Part shown: positions 8,970-18,939 of the stretch, piece by piece
Numbering within the stretch: position 1 is the first letter of the stretch
Layout of the letters: each line of letters begins with the position of its first letter
NCBI GenBank assembly: GCA_024762975.1
Contig: JANTGJ010000001.1
Location: 2,084 to 66,083 of the forward strand
DNA from: Candidatus Krumholzibacteriia bacterium
Lineage (GTDB): Bacteria; Krumholzibacteriota; Krumholzibacteriia; LZORAL124-64-63
DNA length: 64,000 bases
Reading direction: 5' to 3'
The notes under the pieces: generated by a model
What the model was told of the DNA's origin: nothing
Database searches by the model: none
The model's input: only the letters and a program-made list of their open reading frames with translations
Position numbers and translations under genes: made by a program

Positions 8970-10220
8970 TCAGTCTTTCAGGCTGCGGACGAGCAGTCCA
9001 CTGCGCAGTTTCGGTTCGAACCAGGTCGACTTCGGGGGCATGACCTCATTCGCATCCGCGACGGCCATGATCTGGTCGACGCCGGCCGGTGCGAAGGCGA
9101 AGGCCACCTTCATGTCGGTATTGCAGCGACGCTCCAGCTCGCCGGAGCCGCGGCTGCCGCCCACGAAATCGATGCGCTTGTCGCTGCGCGGATCGCCGAT
9201 GCCCAGCACGGGCTCGAGCAGCTGGCTCTGCAGGATCGCCGCATCCAGGCTGTTGACGGGATCGTCGGCCGGATAGCTGCCCGTCCGGGCCTTGATGCGG
9301 TACCACTTGCCGTCCAGGAACATGCCGAACTGCTGGTGGCTGGCAGGTTCCGGTGTGTCTCCCTCCGGAACTTCCGTCATTTCGAAGATTTCGCCGACCC
9401 GGGTCAGGAATTCCTCGCTGCTCAGGCCGTTCAGATCTCGAACGACCCGGTGGTATCCCATCAATTTGAGTTCGTCGTCGCTGAACAGGACAGCCAGGAA
9501 ATGGTTGTAGGCCTCGTTGCCGGTGTGATTCGGGTTCTTGGCCCGCAGGATGTCGCGTACGCGATGCGCTGAAGCGGTGCGGTGGTGTCCATCGGCGACG
9601 TAGATCGCATCGATGCCTGCGAAAACCCGCTGCAGGTCGGCGATGTCCTGCTCGCCGTCGACGACCCAGACCGCGTGACCGATGCCATCGTCGGCTACAA
9701 ATTCGGTGTGGGGCGCCTTGCCGTCGATGAAGCGGTTGATCAGCGTGCGGACTTCGTCGTGGGCGCGGTAGGTGAACAGCACCGGGCCGGCGTTGACGCC
9801 CAGGACTTCCATGTGCGCGGCCCGATCGTCTTCCTTGTCGCGACGCGTGAACTCGTGCTTCTTGATCGTGCCGTCGACGTATTCCTGGACCGCGCAGCCG
9901 ACGGCCAGGCCGAACTGGACATGATCACCCATGGTCAGGCGATAGACATAGAAAGCCGGCTTTGCATCCTGCACCAGGACGCCGTCGTTCATCAACTGCT
10001 GCAGATTCGCCGCGCTTTTCGCGTAGACCTTCGGGGCGTCCTGGGCTTCTTCGGCGGGCAGGTCGATCTCGGCTTTCACCACATGCAGGAAGCTGTGCGG
10101 ATTCGAGCCAGCCATTTCCCTGGCTTCTTCGGAGCTCAAAACATCGTAAGGCGGGCTGGCGACCCTGCTGGCCTGGTCGGCGGTCGGCCGGTACGCGGGG
10201 AAGGGACGGATATCGGCCAT
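8970..10220 (-). CDS. DUF1015 family protein
   Basis: ATG at 10220 preceded by AAGGAGG. The N-terminus 'MADIRPFPAYRPT...ASPPYDVLSSEEAR' matches the conserved DUF1015 start. The gene is adjacent to serA and serC on the same strand. Confidence 0.55.
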   Translation of the reverse strand: MADIRPFPAYRPTADQASRVASPPYDVLSSEEAREMAGSNPHSFLHVVKAEIDLPAEEAQDAPKVYAKSAANLQQLMNDGVLVQDAKPAFYVYRLTMGDHVQFGLAVGCAVQEYVDGTIKKHEFTRRDKEDDRAAHMEVLGVNAGPVLFTYRAHDEVRTLINRFIDGKAPHTEFVADDGIGHAVWVVDGEQDIADLQRVFAGIDAIYVADGHHRTASAHRVRDILRAKNPNHTGNEAYNHFLAVLFSDDELKLMGYHRVVRDLNGLSSEEFLTRVGEIFEMTEVPEGDTPEPASHQQFGMFLDGKWYRIKARTGSYPADDPVNSLDAAILQSQLLEPVLGIGDPRSDKRIDFVGGSRGSGELERRCNTDMKVAFAFAPAGVDQIMAVADANEVMPPKSTWFEPKLRSGLLVRSLKD

Positions 10221-10631
10221 GACAGGGCCTCCTTCGATCGGCAAAAGTAGACGTGATCGGACCCGAAACCACCCTGAGGGGAGTTTCAGGCGACGGACCG
10301 GGGTTGTCCGTCAAATCTCATACAGGGATCGTCAAAACCCAAGGGCAATCGGTGGGAGAAGGGGGAAATCGCCGGTCGTACCTCCCGCGACATCCGGCGC
10401 CGGGGCGGATGTCGCTGGCGTTTTCGCGGCCCGGGTACTATCCTGTTGTCAGCAAGATCGGGTGCCAGCCCGACATCGGCGAACAACAGGGCCGCGCGGA
10501 GAACCTCTTTCCGACCATCCCGGCCACGCCGCTTCTCAATTTTTCTTCCCCATCACTGTTGTTTGGGTCGGATGAAAAGACCCTGGCGTACAGGTGTGTC
10601 CCGTGCGCTTGTGGTGGAGACTACGTATTTC

Positions 10632-11966
10632 ATGAATCAACAAAACAATCCCCGGCGAAATCGCCGACCGAACTCCCAGAATTCGATTCCGCGAAACGGT
10701 TTTGACAGCTTCCGTCTGGACAAGATGATCCGTCGCAGCATCGATGCGGCGAAGTTCGATCAACCACGGCCGATCCAGGCCGAGACCATCCCGGCGGCCC
10801 TCGAGGGACGCGACGTGATGGGCCTGGCCCAGACCGGCACCGGCAAGACGGCCGCTTTTGCATTGCCGATCCTGCACCATGTGCTGACGACCCGGGTTCG
10901 CCACGAAGCGCCGCGCGCGCTGATCCTGGCGCCGACGCGCGAATTGGCGACCCAGATCGCCGAGGAGTTCCGGCTCCTCGGGAAGTACACCCGCGCCCAG
11001 GTGGTGACCATCTTTGGCGGCGTTTCGCAGTTCCATCAGGTCAACGCGCTGAAGCGCCGGCCCGAGATCATCGTCGGCTGCCCCGGCCGCGTGCTGGATC
11101 TGATCCAGCAGCACATCCTGGGACTGGACGAGGTCGAGACGCTGGTCCTGGACGAGGCCGATCACATGTTCGATATGGGCTTTCTGCCCGATATCCGCAG
11201 GATCATGGCCGAACTGCCGGCCGACCGGCAGAACCTGCTCTTCTCGGCGACCATGCCCAAAGAGGTGCGTCGTCTGGCCGACGAAATCCTGCACCGGCCG
11301 CACGTGGCGGAACTGGCCGACTCGGCACCGGCGGCAACGATTGATCATGAGTTGGTCCTGGTCTCCGAGCGCCGCAAGCGCGAGCTGCTCGAGCATGTGC
11401 TGAACGGCGATAGCTGGCATTCGGCTATCGTGTTTACGCGCACCAAGCATCGGGCCAAGCGTCTGGCGCAGCAACTGTCCAAGCTCGGGCACCGCGCCGT
11501 TGGTTTGCAGGGTAATCTTTCGCAGGGGCAGCGTGACCGGGCCATGAAGGGATTTCGGACGCGGAAGTTCGATATCCTGGTCGCGACCGATATCGTCGCG
11601 CGCGGTATCGACGTCAGCAATGTCTCGCATGTCATCAATTACGATGTACCGAACACGCCCGAGGCGTATACTCATCGCATCGGCCGCACCGGGCGTAGCG
11701 AATGCGAAGGCCAGGCCTGCACTTTCGTCACGGGTGCCGACTATTCGTGGCTGAAGGCCACCGAACGCATGATCGGTGGGCCGATCCAGCGCAGAGAGGT
11801 TCCGGGTTTCGAGGCCGACCCCGAGGTCAGCGCCACACCGGCGAATCGTTCGCGTCGTCCCCGTCGCGGCGGCCGGTCGGCGGGCGGTTCCCCGTCGCGG
11901 GCGGACTCGCCGAATCGGAATCATACGGCCGCCCATCCCCAGCGCCGCAGGAGGAGAACCCGCTGA
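10632..11966 (+). CDS. DEAD-box ATP-dependent RNA helicase (RhlE-like) with Arg-rich C-terminal tail
   Basis: Q-motif 'FDQPRPIQAETIP', Walker A 'AQTGTGKTAAF', 'DEAD' box, 'SAT', and 'HRIGRTGR'. The Arg-rich tail is '...AAHPQRRRRRTR'. The 10446 extension was rejected because it has no homology and would overlap the divergent promoter region. Confidence 0.9.
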   Translation: MNQQNNPRRNRRPNSQNSIPRNGFDSFRLDKMIRRSIDAAKFDQPRPIQAETIPAALEGRDVMGLAQTGTGKTAAFALPILHHVLTTRVRHEAPRALILAPTRELATQIAEEFRLLGKYTRAQVVTIFGGVSQFHQVNALKRRPEIIVGCPGRVLDLIQQHILGLDEVETLVLDEADHMFDMGFLPDIRRIMAELPADRQNLLFSATMPKEVRRLADEILHRPHVAELADSAPAATIDHELVLVSERRKRELLEHVLNGDSWHSAIVFTRTKHRAKRLAQQLSKLGHRAVGLQGNLSQGQRDRAMKGFRTRKFDILVATDIVARGIDVSNVSHVINYDVPNTPEAYTHRIGRTGRSECEGQACTFVTGADYSWLKATERMIGGPIQRREVPGFEADPEVSATPANRSRRPRRGGRSAGGSPSRADSPNRNHTAAHPQRRRRRTR

Positions 11967-12952
11967 TGCAGGACTGGAAGCAGTCGCTCGCGCGATTCAA
12001 CTGTTCGAGCACAAGCAAGGCGGTGTGGCAGCTGATCAATACGGTCCTGCCCTTTCTTGCGATCATGGCGCTGATGACGGTGCTCGTGGTGCGCGACTGG
12101 CCGTACTGGATGGTCCTGGCGTTGGCGTTGCCGGCGACGGGGTTGCAGATCCGGATCTTCATCTTCTTCCACGACTGCTGTCACGGCTCGTATTTCGCTT
12201 CCCAGCGTGCGAATACGATCACGGGCTACCTGACCGGGATCCTCGCGCTGACACCCTTCGATTCCTGGCGGCACAGTCACAACGTGCACCACACGACTTC
12301 GGGCGACCTGGATCGTCGTGGCACCGGCGACGTCTGGACAATGACGGTCGACGAGTACCTGTCCGCCTCGCGCCGGAAGCGCCTGGGTTACCGGCTGGTG
12401 CGCAATCCGTTTTTCCTGCTGTTGGTGGTGCCCATCTGGTTCCTGATCGCCTATCGCATTCCCGGCAAGATCGGAGCCCGCAGCGTCTGGATCACCAACC
12501 TGGCGCTGGCCGCCATCATCACGGCGTTTTCGCTGACCGTGGGCTGGCAGACCTACCTGATGGTGCGGCTGCCGGTGGCGCTGCTCGCCTGGAGCGCGGG
12601 CGTATGGCTATTCTACGTGCAGCATCAGTACGAGGGATCCTACTGGGCGCGCAGCGATTCGCGAACGGTGGAGGATGCGGCGCTGAAGGGCAGTTCGTAT
12701 TACAAGCTGCCGAAGGTGCTGCAATGGATGACCGGCAACATCGGGTTGCACCACATCCATCATCTGCGGCCACGGATCCCCAACTACCACCTGCAGGCCT
12801 GCCAGGATGCGGTGCCGGTACTTCAGAAGGTTCCGCCGCTGACGTTGCGCAAGAGTCTCAAATCGCTGCGGCTGAATCTGTGGGACGAGAGTGCGTCCCG
12901 GATGGTGGGGTTCCATGCCTTGCGCGGACGCAAGAGGGAGCCGTCGATCTGA
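11966..12952 (+). CDS. membrane fatty-acid desaturase (His-box di-iron family)
   Basis: The three His boxes 'HDCCH', 'HNVHH' and 'HHIHH' are all present. The ATG overlaps the helicase stop (TGATG), with AGGAGGA 10 nt upstream. Confidence 0.8.
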   Translation: MQDWKQSLARFNCSSTSKAVWQLINTVLPFLAIMALMTVLVVRDWPYWMVLALALPATGLQIRIFIFFHDCCHGSYFASQRANTITGYLTGILALTPFDSWRHSHNVHHTTSGDLDRRGTGDVWTMTVDEYLSASRRKRLGYRLVRNPFFLLLVVPIWFLIAYRIPGKIGARSVWITNLALAAIITAFSLTVGWQTYLMVRLPVALLAWSAGVWLFYVQHQYEGSYWARSDSRTVEDAALKGSSYYKLPKVLQWMTGNIGLHHIHHLRPRIPNYHLQACQDAVPVLQKVPPLTLRKSLKSLRLNLWDESASRMVGFHALRGRKREPSI

Positions 12953-13031
12953 CCGCGCCGCCGGTACCTTGAAGTATCCGACTCGCCCCGGGTACTGTCA
13001 TCCTACGGCATCACCGTATGAGGACGCTTCG

Positions 13032-14054
13032 ATGAAAACCCGTCTTCGACAGCTCGATGGACTGCGAGCAGTGGCTTTCCTGCTCGTGTTCATCCACCAC
13101 ACGCTGGATGTCAAGATGCTGTGGATTGGCGTCGACCTGTTTTTCGTGCTCAGCGGGATGCTGATCACCGGAATCCTGCTCGGCCGCCGCGAGCAGCCGT
13201 TCTACTTCCGCGATTTCTACTACCGCCGTCTGTTGCGCATCTTCCCGCCGTACCTGCTGACCCTGGTGCTCGTGCCCCTGGTGCTGAACTTCCAGTGGGA
13301 CGGGAAATGGCCGTGGTACTACGCCTACCTGTCGAATTTCCTGTCCGCCCGCGCAGCCGATGTGCATGTGGCGATGGATCCGATGTGGTCGCTGGCCATC
13401 GAAGAGCAGTTCTATCTCGTGTGGCCGTTGGTGGTGTTGTTGCTGGGGGCCGGAAGACTGCGCCGTCTCTGCTGGGTACTGATCCTGGTCGCACCGATCG
13501 TGCGCATCCTGCTTTCCTGGCAATCGGGCCATTGGCAACCGGCCTATTTCGTTACTTTCGCCCGCATGGATCTGTTGGCCGCCGGTTCGCTGCTTGCGGT
13601 CGAAAGCCGGTTGCGACCGGAAGCGTTCCGACGTTTCAGTGATCGCGGGTTGTGGCTGTCGATCGGCGCCAGCGCGGTGTTTCTCGCATTCGCGATTCTC
13701 GTGCCGGAGTTTCGGCGTACGAGCGCAGGCTGGCTCTTCGGCGGACCCGGGTACTCGTTGTTGGTCGTCATGATGGTCGGCGCGATCGCCTACTTCATGG
13801 TGCCTCGCGAGAACATTCTGTATCGGCTGCTCAGTCTGCCGCCGCTGGTGTACCTGGGTACGATCAGCTATTCGCTGTACCTGACCCACAAGATCATCAA
13901 CGAGGTACTGTATCGGCAGGGATTATCCCGGTTGCAGATTGCGGTGGCAGGTCTGGCTGCGGTCGTTCTCTGGTCGACTTTGAGCTGGTATCTGATGGAA
14001 AAACCGCTGCAGAGGTTCAAGGGGCGCTATCGCAAGAAGCTGAAAGCTGGCTAG
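13032..14054 (+). CDS. acyltransferase family 3 (OafA/YrhL-like) membrane protein
   Basis: About 10 TM helices. The N-terminus 'LDGLRAVAFLLVFIHH' and 'WSLAIEEQFY' match the Acyl_transf_3 signature. Confidence 0.7.
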   Translation: MKTRLRQLDGLRAVAFLLVFIHHTLDVKMLWIGVDLFFVLSGMLITGILLGRREQPFYFRDFYYRRLLRIFPPYLLTLVLVPLVLNFQWDGKWPWYYAYLSNFLSARAADVHVAMDPMWSLAIEEQFYLVWPLVVLLLGAGRLRRLCWVLILVAPIVRILLSWQSGHWQPAYFVTFARMDLLAAGSLLAVESRLRPEAFRRFSDRGLWLSIGASAVFLAFAILVPEFRRTSAGWLFGGPGYSLLVVMMVGAIAYFMVPRENILYRLLSLPPLVYLGTISYSLYLTHKIINEVLYRQGLSRLQIAVAGLAAVVLWSTLSWYLMEKPLQRFKGRYRKKLKAG

Positions 14055-15439
14055 TCTTCGACGACCGGCCGGTCCTTGATCTTCCGTTGCTCCTCGGTGA
14101 AGATCCGCCGCAACGTATCCAGGTCGCGATCCCGCTCTTCCGGACTTTCGGCGTTCTTCAGCGTCGACATCGAACGGCCCAGCACCTTCTTGATGAACTG
14201 CTGCAGGCTACTGTCCACGGCGGCGGCCACCTCGTCCGACTGCTTTTTGCGCACGTAGCCGACCTGTTTGTCTTTCAGCTCTTCCAGATAGGATTTGAAC
14301 TCGGCCACCGTGGGGCGAAGGTCCATCTCGTCCAGCCAGGTCTCGAACTCGCGCATCTCCTCGGCGATGATCTTCTCGGCGTATGGCACCTGCTTCTGAC
14401 GCGCGGCCTTGTTGCCCTGGATGATCTCGTCCAGGTCATCGAGGCCGAAGCTGTAGGCGCCGCTGATCCCGGCCACGTCCGGGTGGATGTCGCGCGGCAC
14501 GGCAATGTCCAGCAGGAAGAGCGGCTCGCCGCCGCGTTGCTGGACCGCCTTCTGCACCATTTCCGGCAGGATCACCGGCTCCAGGGAGCCCGTCGTACTC
14601 AGGACGACATCGGCCTCGGCGAGGGCTTCACCCAGCTCTTCCCAGGGCCGGTGCGAAACATGGCCGCATGGGTCGCTCTGCGGGCTCACGACCTCCAGAT
14701 CGGGGTCGTCGGCCGACTTGCGAGCCAACGCCGCCACGCGCTCGCCGTGCAGTTCGGCCGCCAGCTCCGCAGCTCTTGCCGGGCTACGATTGACGACCGT
14801 CAGATGCCCGATGTCATGCTGCAGGAAATGCTTCGCGGCCAACGCGCCGGTCTCGCCGGCCCCCACCAGCAGAGCTCGGTGCTGGCACAGGCGCGAGAAG
14901 AACTTGCGGGCCAGTTCGACCGCCCCGTAGGCCACGCTCACGGCTCCGCTGGTAATGCGAGTCTCGGTGCGAACCCGCTTGCCGGTGCGGAAGGCGCCCT
15001 GGAAAGCACGTAACAGCACCGGTCCCAGTTCGCTGTGCTTGCGGGCCAGGCGGTAGGCATCCTTCAACTGCTGCGAAATCTGCGGTTCGCCCAGCATCAT
15101 GCTTTCCAGCGCGGAGGCAACCCGAAACAGGTGGTTCACGGCGGGCATGCCGTCCTGCGCGACCGCATGCAGTCCGGCGAAGAGTTCGGCCTCGGCACCG
15201 ATTTCGGTCAGGGCGCGCCGAAGGCTCTGGTCGGGATCACCGCCGGGCCGCATTTCCAGATAGATCTCGGTGCGGTTGCAGGTCGAGACCGGAAGAGCCG
15301 AGACACAGGATTCTTCGGCCTCGAGCGCCTTCATCAGCGCGACGGCCTTTTCGGGGTCCAGGTGAGCCCGTTCGCGAATCTCCGTCGGCGCATGGTGATG
15401 GTTGATGCTGCGCACGTGCAGGCTGGATCGATCGCTCAT
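14051..15439 (-). CDS. hemA: glutamyl-tRNA reductase
   Basis: N-terminal 'SINHHHAP...TCNRTEIY', NADP-binding 'LLVGAGETG', and a C-terminal dimerization helix. The start was chosen at the internal ATG (MSDRSS...). The stop overlaps the stop of the convergent acyltransferase gene. Confidence 0.85.
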   Translation of the reverse strand: MSDRSSLHVRSINHHHAPTEIRERAHLDPEKAVALMKALEAEESCVSALPVSTCNRTEIYLEMRPGGDPDQSLRRALTEIGAEAELFAGLHAVAQDGMPAVNHLFRVASALESMMLGEPQISQQLKDAYRLARKHSELGPVLLRAFQGAFRTGKRVRTETRITSGAVSVAYGAVELARKFFSRLCQHRALLVGAGETGALAAKHFLQHDIGHLTVVNRSPARAAELAAELHGERVAALARKSADDPDLEVVSPQSDPCGHVSHRPWEELGEALAEADVVLSTTGSLEPVILPEMVQKAVQQRGGEPLFLLDIAVPRDIHPDVAGISGAYSFGLDDLDEIIQGNKAARQKQVPYAEKIIAEEMREFETWLDEMDLRPTVAEFKSYLEELKDKQVGYVRKKQSDEVAAAVDSSLQQFIKKVLGRSMSTLKNAESPEERDRDLDTLRRIFTEEQRKIKDRPVVED

Positions 15440-16356
15440 GTCAGCGTCCTCCTGCCTACGGTCAACACCGGGAAGAGGGCGGCTGCCGGCGCCGCCATCC
15501 CGTGGGACGAATAGAATTTGTGAAAACTCGGGAAGAAGTGCTGCACCACGCCGAGCGTGAGCAGGATCATGGCAAAGGCGAACACCGCCAGGATGTTCAT
15601 CTTCTTGCCGCGCCAACCGAGGAATCGGTTGCCGACAAGACCCACCGCATAGCCCAGGAAGATGACCCATGAGACCATGATCTTCGGATCCCAGGGGCTG
15701 AGTTGGGCTGCCATGTCGGGCTCCAGGCGCCCTCGCAGGTCATACATCCACAGATGGCCGAGGCAGAGCGAGAGGAACATCAGCGGAACGCCCATTTTGA
15801 CCGCGCCGATACTCATGCGTTCCAGTGTTTCCAGAGCCGGCAGGCGGCGAAAGAGCAGGCCGAACTGTCGGTTCATCAGTTGCCTCGTCTGCACCAGGTA
15901 CAGGATGGCATAGATGAAGCTGAGACTGAGCGCCGTGTAGGACAACAGCACGAGTACGGCGTGACCGGCGAAACCGGGATCGCGCAGAAGCGGGCTGGCA
16001 TCCGGTGCGGTGGTGCGAAAACTGGAGGCGATGAACTCCAGCAGAAAGGCCATGCCCGTTACCACGAAGCCGGTGCCCTTGGCCTTCATGCGCAATTCGA
16101 TGACCAGGTAGGTGGCCAACAGGGAAACCGCGAGCAGCGAGGCGAACTCGAGGGGCGCGCCCATGGGCAGGCGGTGTAGCGCAAAACTCTGCACCACGAC
16201 CGAGAGCACGTGTACCAGCACCGTTACGATGCCCAGGCGGGTGGACCAGCGCCGTGGGGCCGGATGATCCACCTGGAAGAGCCACAGGTAGGCTCCCCAG
16301 ACCACCAGATACATCAGGGGCAGCAGGACCTTGAACAGCGAAAGCAGGACGACCAT
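15436..16356 (-). CDS. cytochrome c assembly protein family (CcsA/HemX-like) membrane protein
   Basis: Eight-TM protein with a Trp-rich 'LSPWDPKIMVSWVIFLGYAVG' region. It sits immediately upstream of hemA with an ATGA overlap, as HemX does in Bacillus-type heme operons. Confidence 0.55.
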   Translation of the reverse strand: MVVLLSLFKVLLPLMYLVVWGAYLWLFQVDHPAPRRWSTRLGIVTVLVHVLSVVVQSFALHRLPMGAPLEFASLLAVSLLATYLVIELRMKAKGTGFVVTGMAFLLEFIASSFRTTAPDASPLLRDPGFAGHAVLVLLSYTALSLSFIYAILYLVQTRQLMNRQFGLLFRRLPALETLERMSIGAVKMGVPLMFLSLCLGHLWMYDLRGRLEPDMAAQLSPWDPKIMVSWVIFLGYAVGLVGNRFLGWRGKKMNILAVFAFAMILLTLGVVQHFFPSFHKFYSSHGMAAPAAALFPVLTVGRRTLT

Positions 16357-17840
16357 TACATCGCCTCCGGGGATGCCGCGCGCCGGGGCGCGTCTGCCAG
16401 ATAGTCCAGAACCCGATCCGCGACCGATTCGGCCTCCTTCACACAGGAGTTGACCGAGATGCCACGATACGAACTGCCGGTCAGGAACAGGCCCGGAGAT
16501 GCGGCCAGTCCGGCTTCAATTTCCTTCATGCGGGCCAGATGGCCGGGCAGGTACTGGGCGATCGCACGTTCGTGGCGGATCACACGGGCCATCTCGGGTG
16601 CTCCCTTGATTCCCATCAGGGAGCGGATCTCGGCCAGGATCAGTGTGACAAGGCCTTCGTCATCCAGGTCCATCACTCCGGGATTGCCGGCGCCGCCGGC
16701 CATGCAGCGCAGCAGAACCTTGCCCTCGGGTGTGCGCCCCGGGAAGATGCTGCTGGTCCACAGGGCGCCCAGCAGATCGCGGTTCTCGCTGCCCGGCACG
16801 AGCAGGCCGAAGCCGTCCAGATCGTGAATCACGGCGGTGCGGTCGAAACCCAAGGCGATCACGGCCATCGGCGCAAAGGGTATCAGCGACAGATGTCGGG
16901 CCACCTCACTGGAGACGCGCTCGAGGTGACCGGCGGCCGCGTGGGCGGGCGCGGCGTCGATCACGGCATCGAACGGTCCATGACCCGGGTCGGCCTCGAC
17001 GTACCAGCCGCCGTCCCGCGCGGTGATCCTGCTCACATCGGCGCCGCCGATCAGAGTCACCCTTTCGTCGGAACGCAACGTGTCGGCCAGGCCGCGAATC
17101 AGCTGATTCATACCACCTTCGAAGGAGTGCAACGTGCCGGACGGTCCGGCATCGGTTTTCGAGCGACCGGATTTTTTCTTCTCGCGGGCCAGCTTGATCA
17201 TGGCCTTGAACAGTCCGCCGTACTGCTGCTCCAGTTCGACCATGCGCGGAAAAGCCGCAGCCAGACTGAGCTGTTCGGCCTCGCCGCCGAAGATTCCCTT
17301 GACCATCGGGTCGAGCATGATGCGCGTGAACTCCGAGCCCAGCCGGCGCCGGCCGAACTCGGCGATCGTCTCGTCGGTTCCAACGTTCTCGGCCGCCTGC
17401 CCGAGGTTCTTGCGCGGCGGCACGAAGAACTCGCCGGCCATCCGGAATTTTGCCGAGGTCTTCAGCAGATCGGATTTCACGAACGCGCCGGGCGAGGTCG
17501 GAATCTCGCGCAGAGAACCATCGACCAGCAGGAAGCGGCGGCGCGCGGCATCAGCGCTGCGTTGAAGGGCATTCGTCAATCCCACCCGCTCGATGAGGCG
17601 CAGGGTGGCCGGCTCGTTGTCCAGGAAACCGTTCGGGCCCCATTCCATTTGCCAGTCGTTGTGGCGCAGTGTCCGCAGGTTGCCACCCGGCTCGGATTCC
17701 TTCTCGAATACGGTGACATGGACATTCGATCGGCGCCGTTCCGCTTCGTCCAGCAGGTCCAGGGCGGTTGCCAGCCCGGCGATTCCGCCCCCCACGATGC
17801 CCAGGCGCCATGGGTTCGTCGAAACTTCCTTCTCAGGCAT
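16356..17840 (-). CDS. hemY: protoporphyrinogen/coproporphyrinogen oxidase, FAD-dependent (HemY/PgoX family)
   Basis: FAD-binding 'LGIVGGGIAGLATA' N-terminus and PPOX-family length and architecture. The gene sits inside the heme operon. Confidence 0.8.
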   Translation of the reverse strand: MPEKEVSTNPWRLGIVGGGIAGLATALDLLDEAERRRSNVHVTVFEKESEPGGNLRTLRHNDWQMEWGPNGFLDNEPATLRLIERVGLTNALQRSADAARRRFLLVDGSLREIPTSPGAFVKSDLLKTSAKFRMAGEFFVPPRKNLGQAAENVGTDETIAEFGRRRLGSEFTRIMLDPMVKGIFGGEAEQLSLAAAFPRMVELEQQYGGLFKAMIKLAREKKKSGRSKTDAGPSGTLHSFEGGMNQLIRGLADTLRSDERVTLIGGADVSRITARDGGWYVEADPGHGPFDAVIDAAPAHAAAGHLERVSSEVARHLSLIPFAPMAVIALGFDRTAVIHDLDGFGLLVPGSENRDLLGALWTSSIFPGRTPEGKVLLRCMAGGAGNPGVMDLDDEGLVTLILAEIRSLMGIKGAPEMARVIRHERAIAQYLPGHLARMKEIEAGLAASPGLFLTGSSYRGISVNSCVKEAESVADRVLDYLADAPRRAASPEAM

Positions 17841-18936
17841 CGGTCCTCACCTCCTGTCCGGAATGCTGCGCATAGGCTTGGTGCAGAAGATGATCGGCCA
17901 GCGAATCCAGCCAGCCCGGATTCAGATTCAGCGCCGCGCCGCGGGCGTAGTCCGTGATTCCGAAAGTGGCGATCTCCTCTTTCAACTCGATGTCCAGTTC
18001 GTGCAGCGTCTCGACATGCTCACAGGTGAAACTGATCGGCTGTACGAAGACCCGGCGCACGCCGACTTGCGACAGCTGACGGATGTCCTCGGTGATTTCG
18101 GGGCCGAGCCACTTGATCGGACCGACCTTCGACTGGAATGTCAGCCGCGGTTCCGATCCGGAACCGAGTGAGTTCAGGAAGTGCTGTCCCTCGCGATCAG
18201 GGAGCCTTGCCGATACCTGATCCTGCGCCGCCTGCACGCTGGCGGTGACCTGTTCAAGGTAGGGGTCGCCTTGTCGGATGAACTTCTCCGGCAGTGAATG
18301 GGCCACAAAGAGCAGGGCACACTCGTGAGGGTCGACGCCGACGGTCGCCCAACGGCGGATCGTTGCCGCCACGGGTTCGGCCAGCGCATCGACGTAGCCC
18401 GGCAGCAGATGCCAATCGTGCACGTCATGCACCACGGCTCCGGGAGCCAGCTTTTCGATGCTGTCGCGGACGAACTTCAGCGTGCTGCCGGTGGTGGCAC
18501 AGGCGTACTGCGGGTAGGCTGGGATGACGAGGAACTGCTCGGCTCCCGCCTTGAGCAACCGCTGCACGCACTCCTGGGGGAAAGGGCGCCAGTAGCGCAT
18601 CGCAACGCCTTGGACCACGTCCAGGCCACGGTCGGTCATACGTCGTGCCGTCTCGGCTGCCTGCTGGACGGTGGTCTCCAACTGCGGCGTGGAAGAATCC
18701 TCGCTGATCATCGCGTAACGTTCGCGTACGAAGGGCGCTCGGCGTTTCGCGATCCATCGTGAAAGCAGCGGAGTCAGCAGCCGTGGAACCGGCAGGATGC
18801 AGGGATCACGGAACAGGTTGCGCAGGAACGGTTCGACTGCCTCGGGGCCGTCGGGCCCACCCATTCCGCAAAGGATCAGGCCGGTCTTGCGGGCCGGATC
18901 CAGCAGGGGTTGAGAAAGAAATCCGTTCTTGTCCAT
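17833..18936 (-). CDS. hemH: ferrochelatase
   Basis: 'LILCGMGGPDGPEAVEPFLRNLF' N-terminus, 'AHSLPEKF...QGDPY' and 'PISFTCEHVETL...ELD', all hallmark ferrochelatase motifs. Confidence 0.85.
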   Translation of the reverse strand: MDKNGFLSQPLLDPARKTGLILCGMGGPDGPEAVEPFLRNLFRDPCILPVPRLLTPLLSRWIAKRRAPFVRERYAMISEDSSTPQLETTVQQAAETARRMTDRGLDVVQGVAMRYWRPFPQECVQRLLKAGAEQFLVIPAYPQYACATTGSTLKFVRDSIEKLAPGAVVHDVHDWHLLPGYVDALAEPVAATIRRWATVGVDPHECALLFVAHSLPEKFIRQGDPYLEQVTASVQAAQDQVSARLPDREGQHFLNSLGSGSEPRLTFQSKVGPIKWLGPEITEDIRQLSQVGVRRVFVQPISFTCEHVETLHELDIELKEEIATFGITDYARGAALNLNPGWLDSLADHLLHQAYAQHSGQEVRTDA

Positions 18937-18939
18937 CGG

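Noticed and set aside
10446-10631. 5' extension of the DEAD-box helicase ORF
   Set aside because: The extension is Arg/Ser/Pro-rich with no helicase homology. The conserved N-terminus begins at ATG 10632, and the extension would invade the divergent promoter region.
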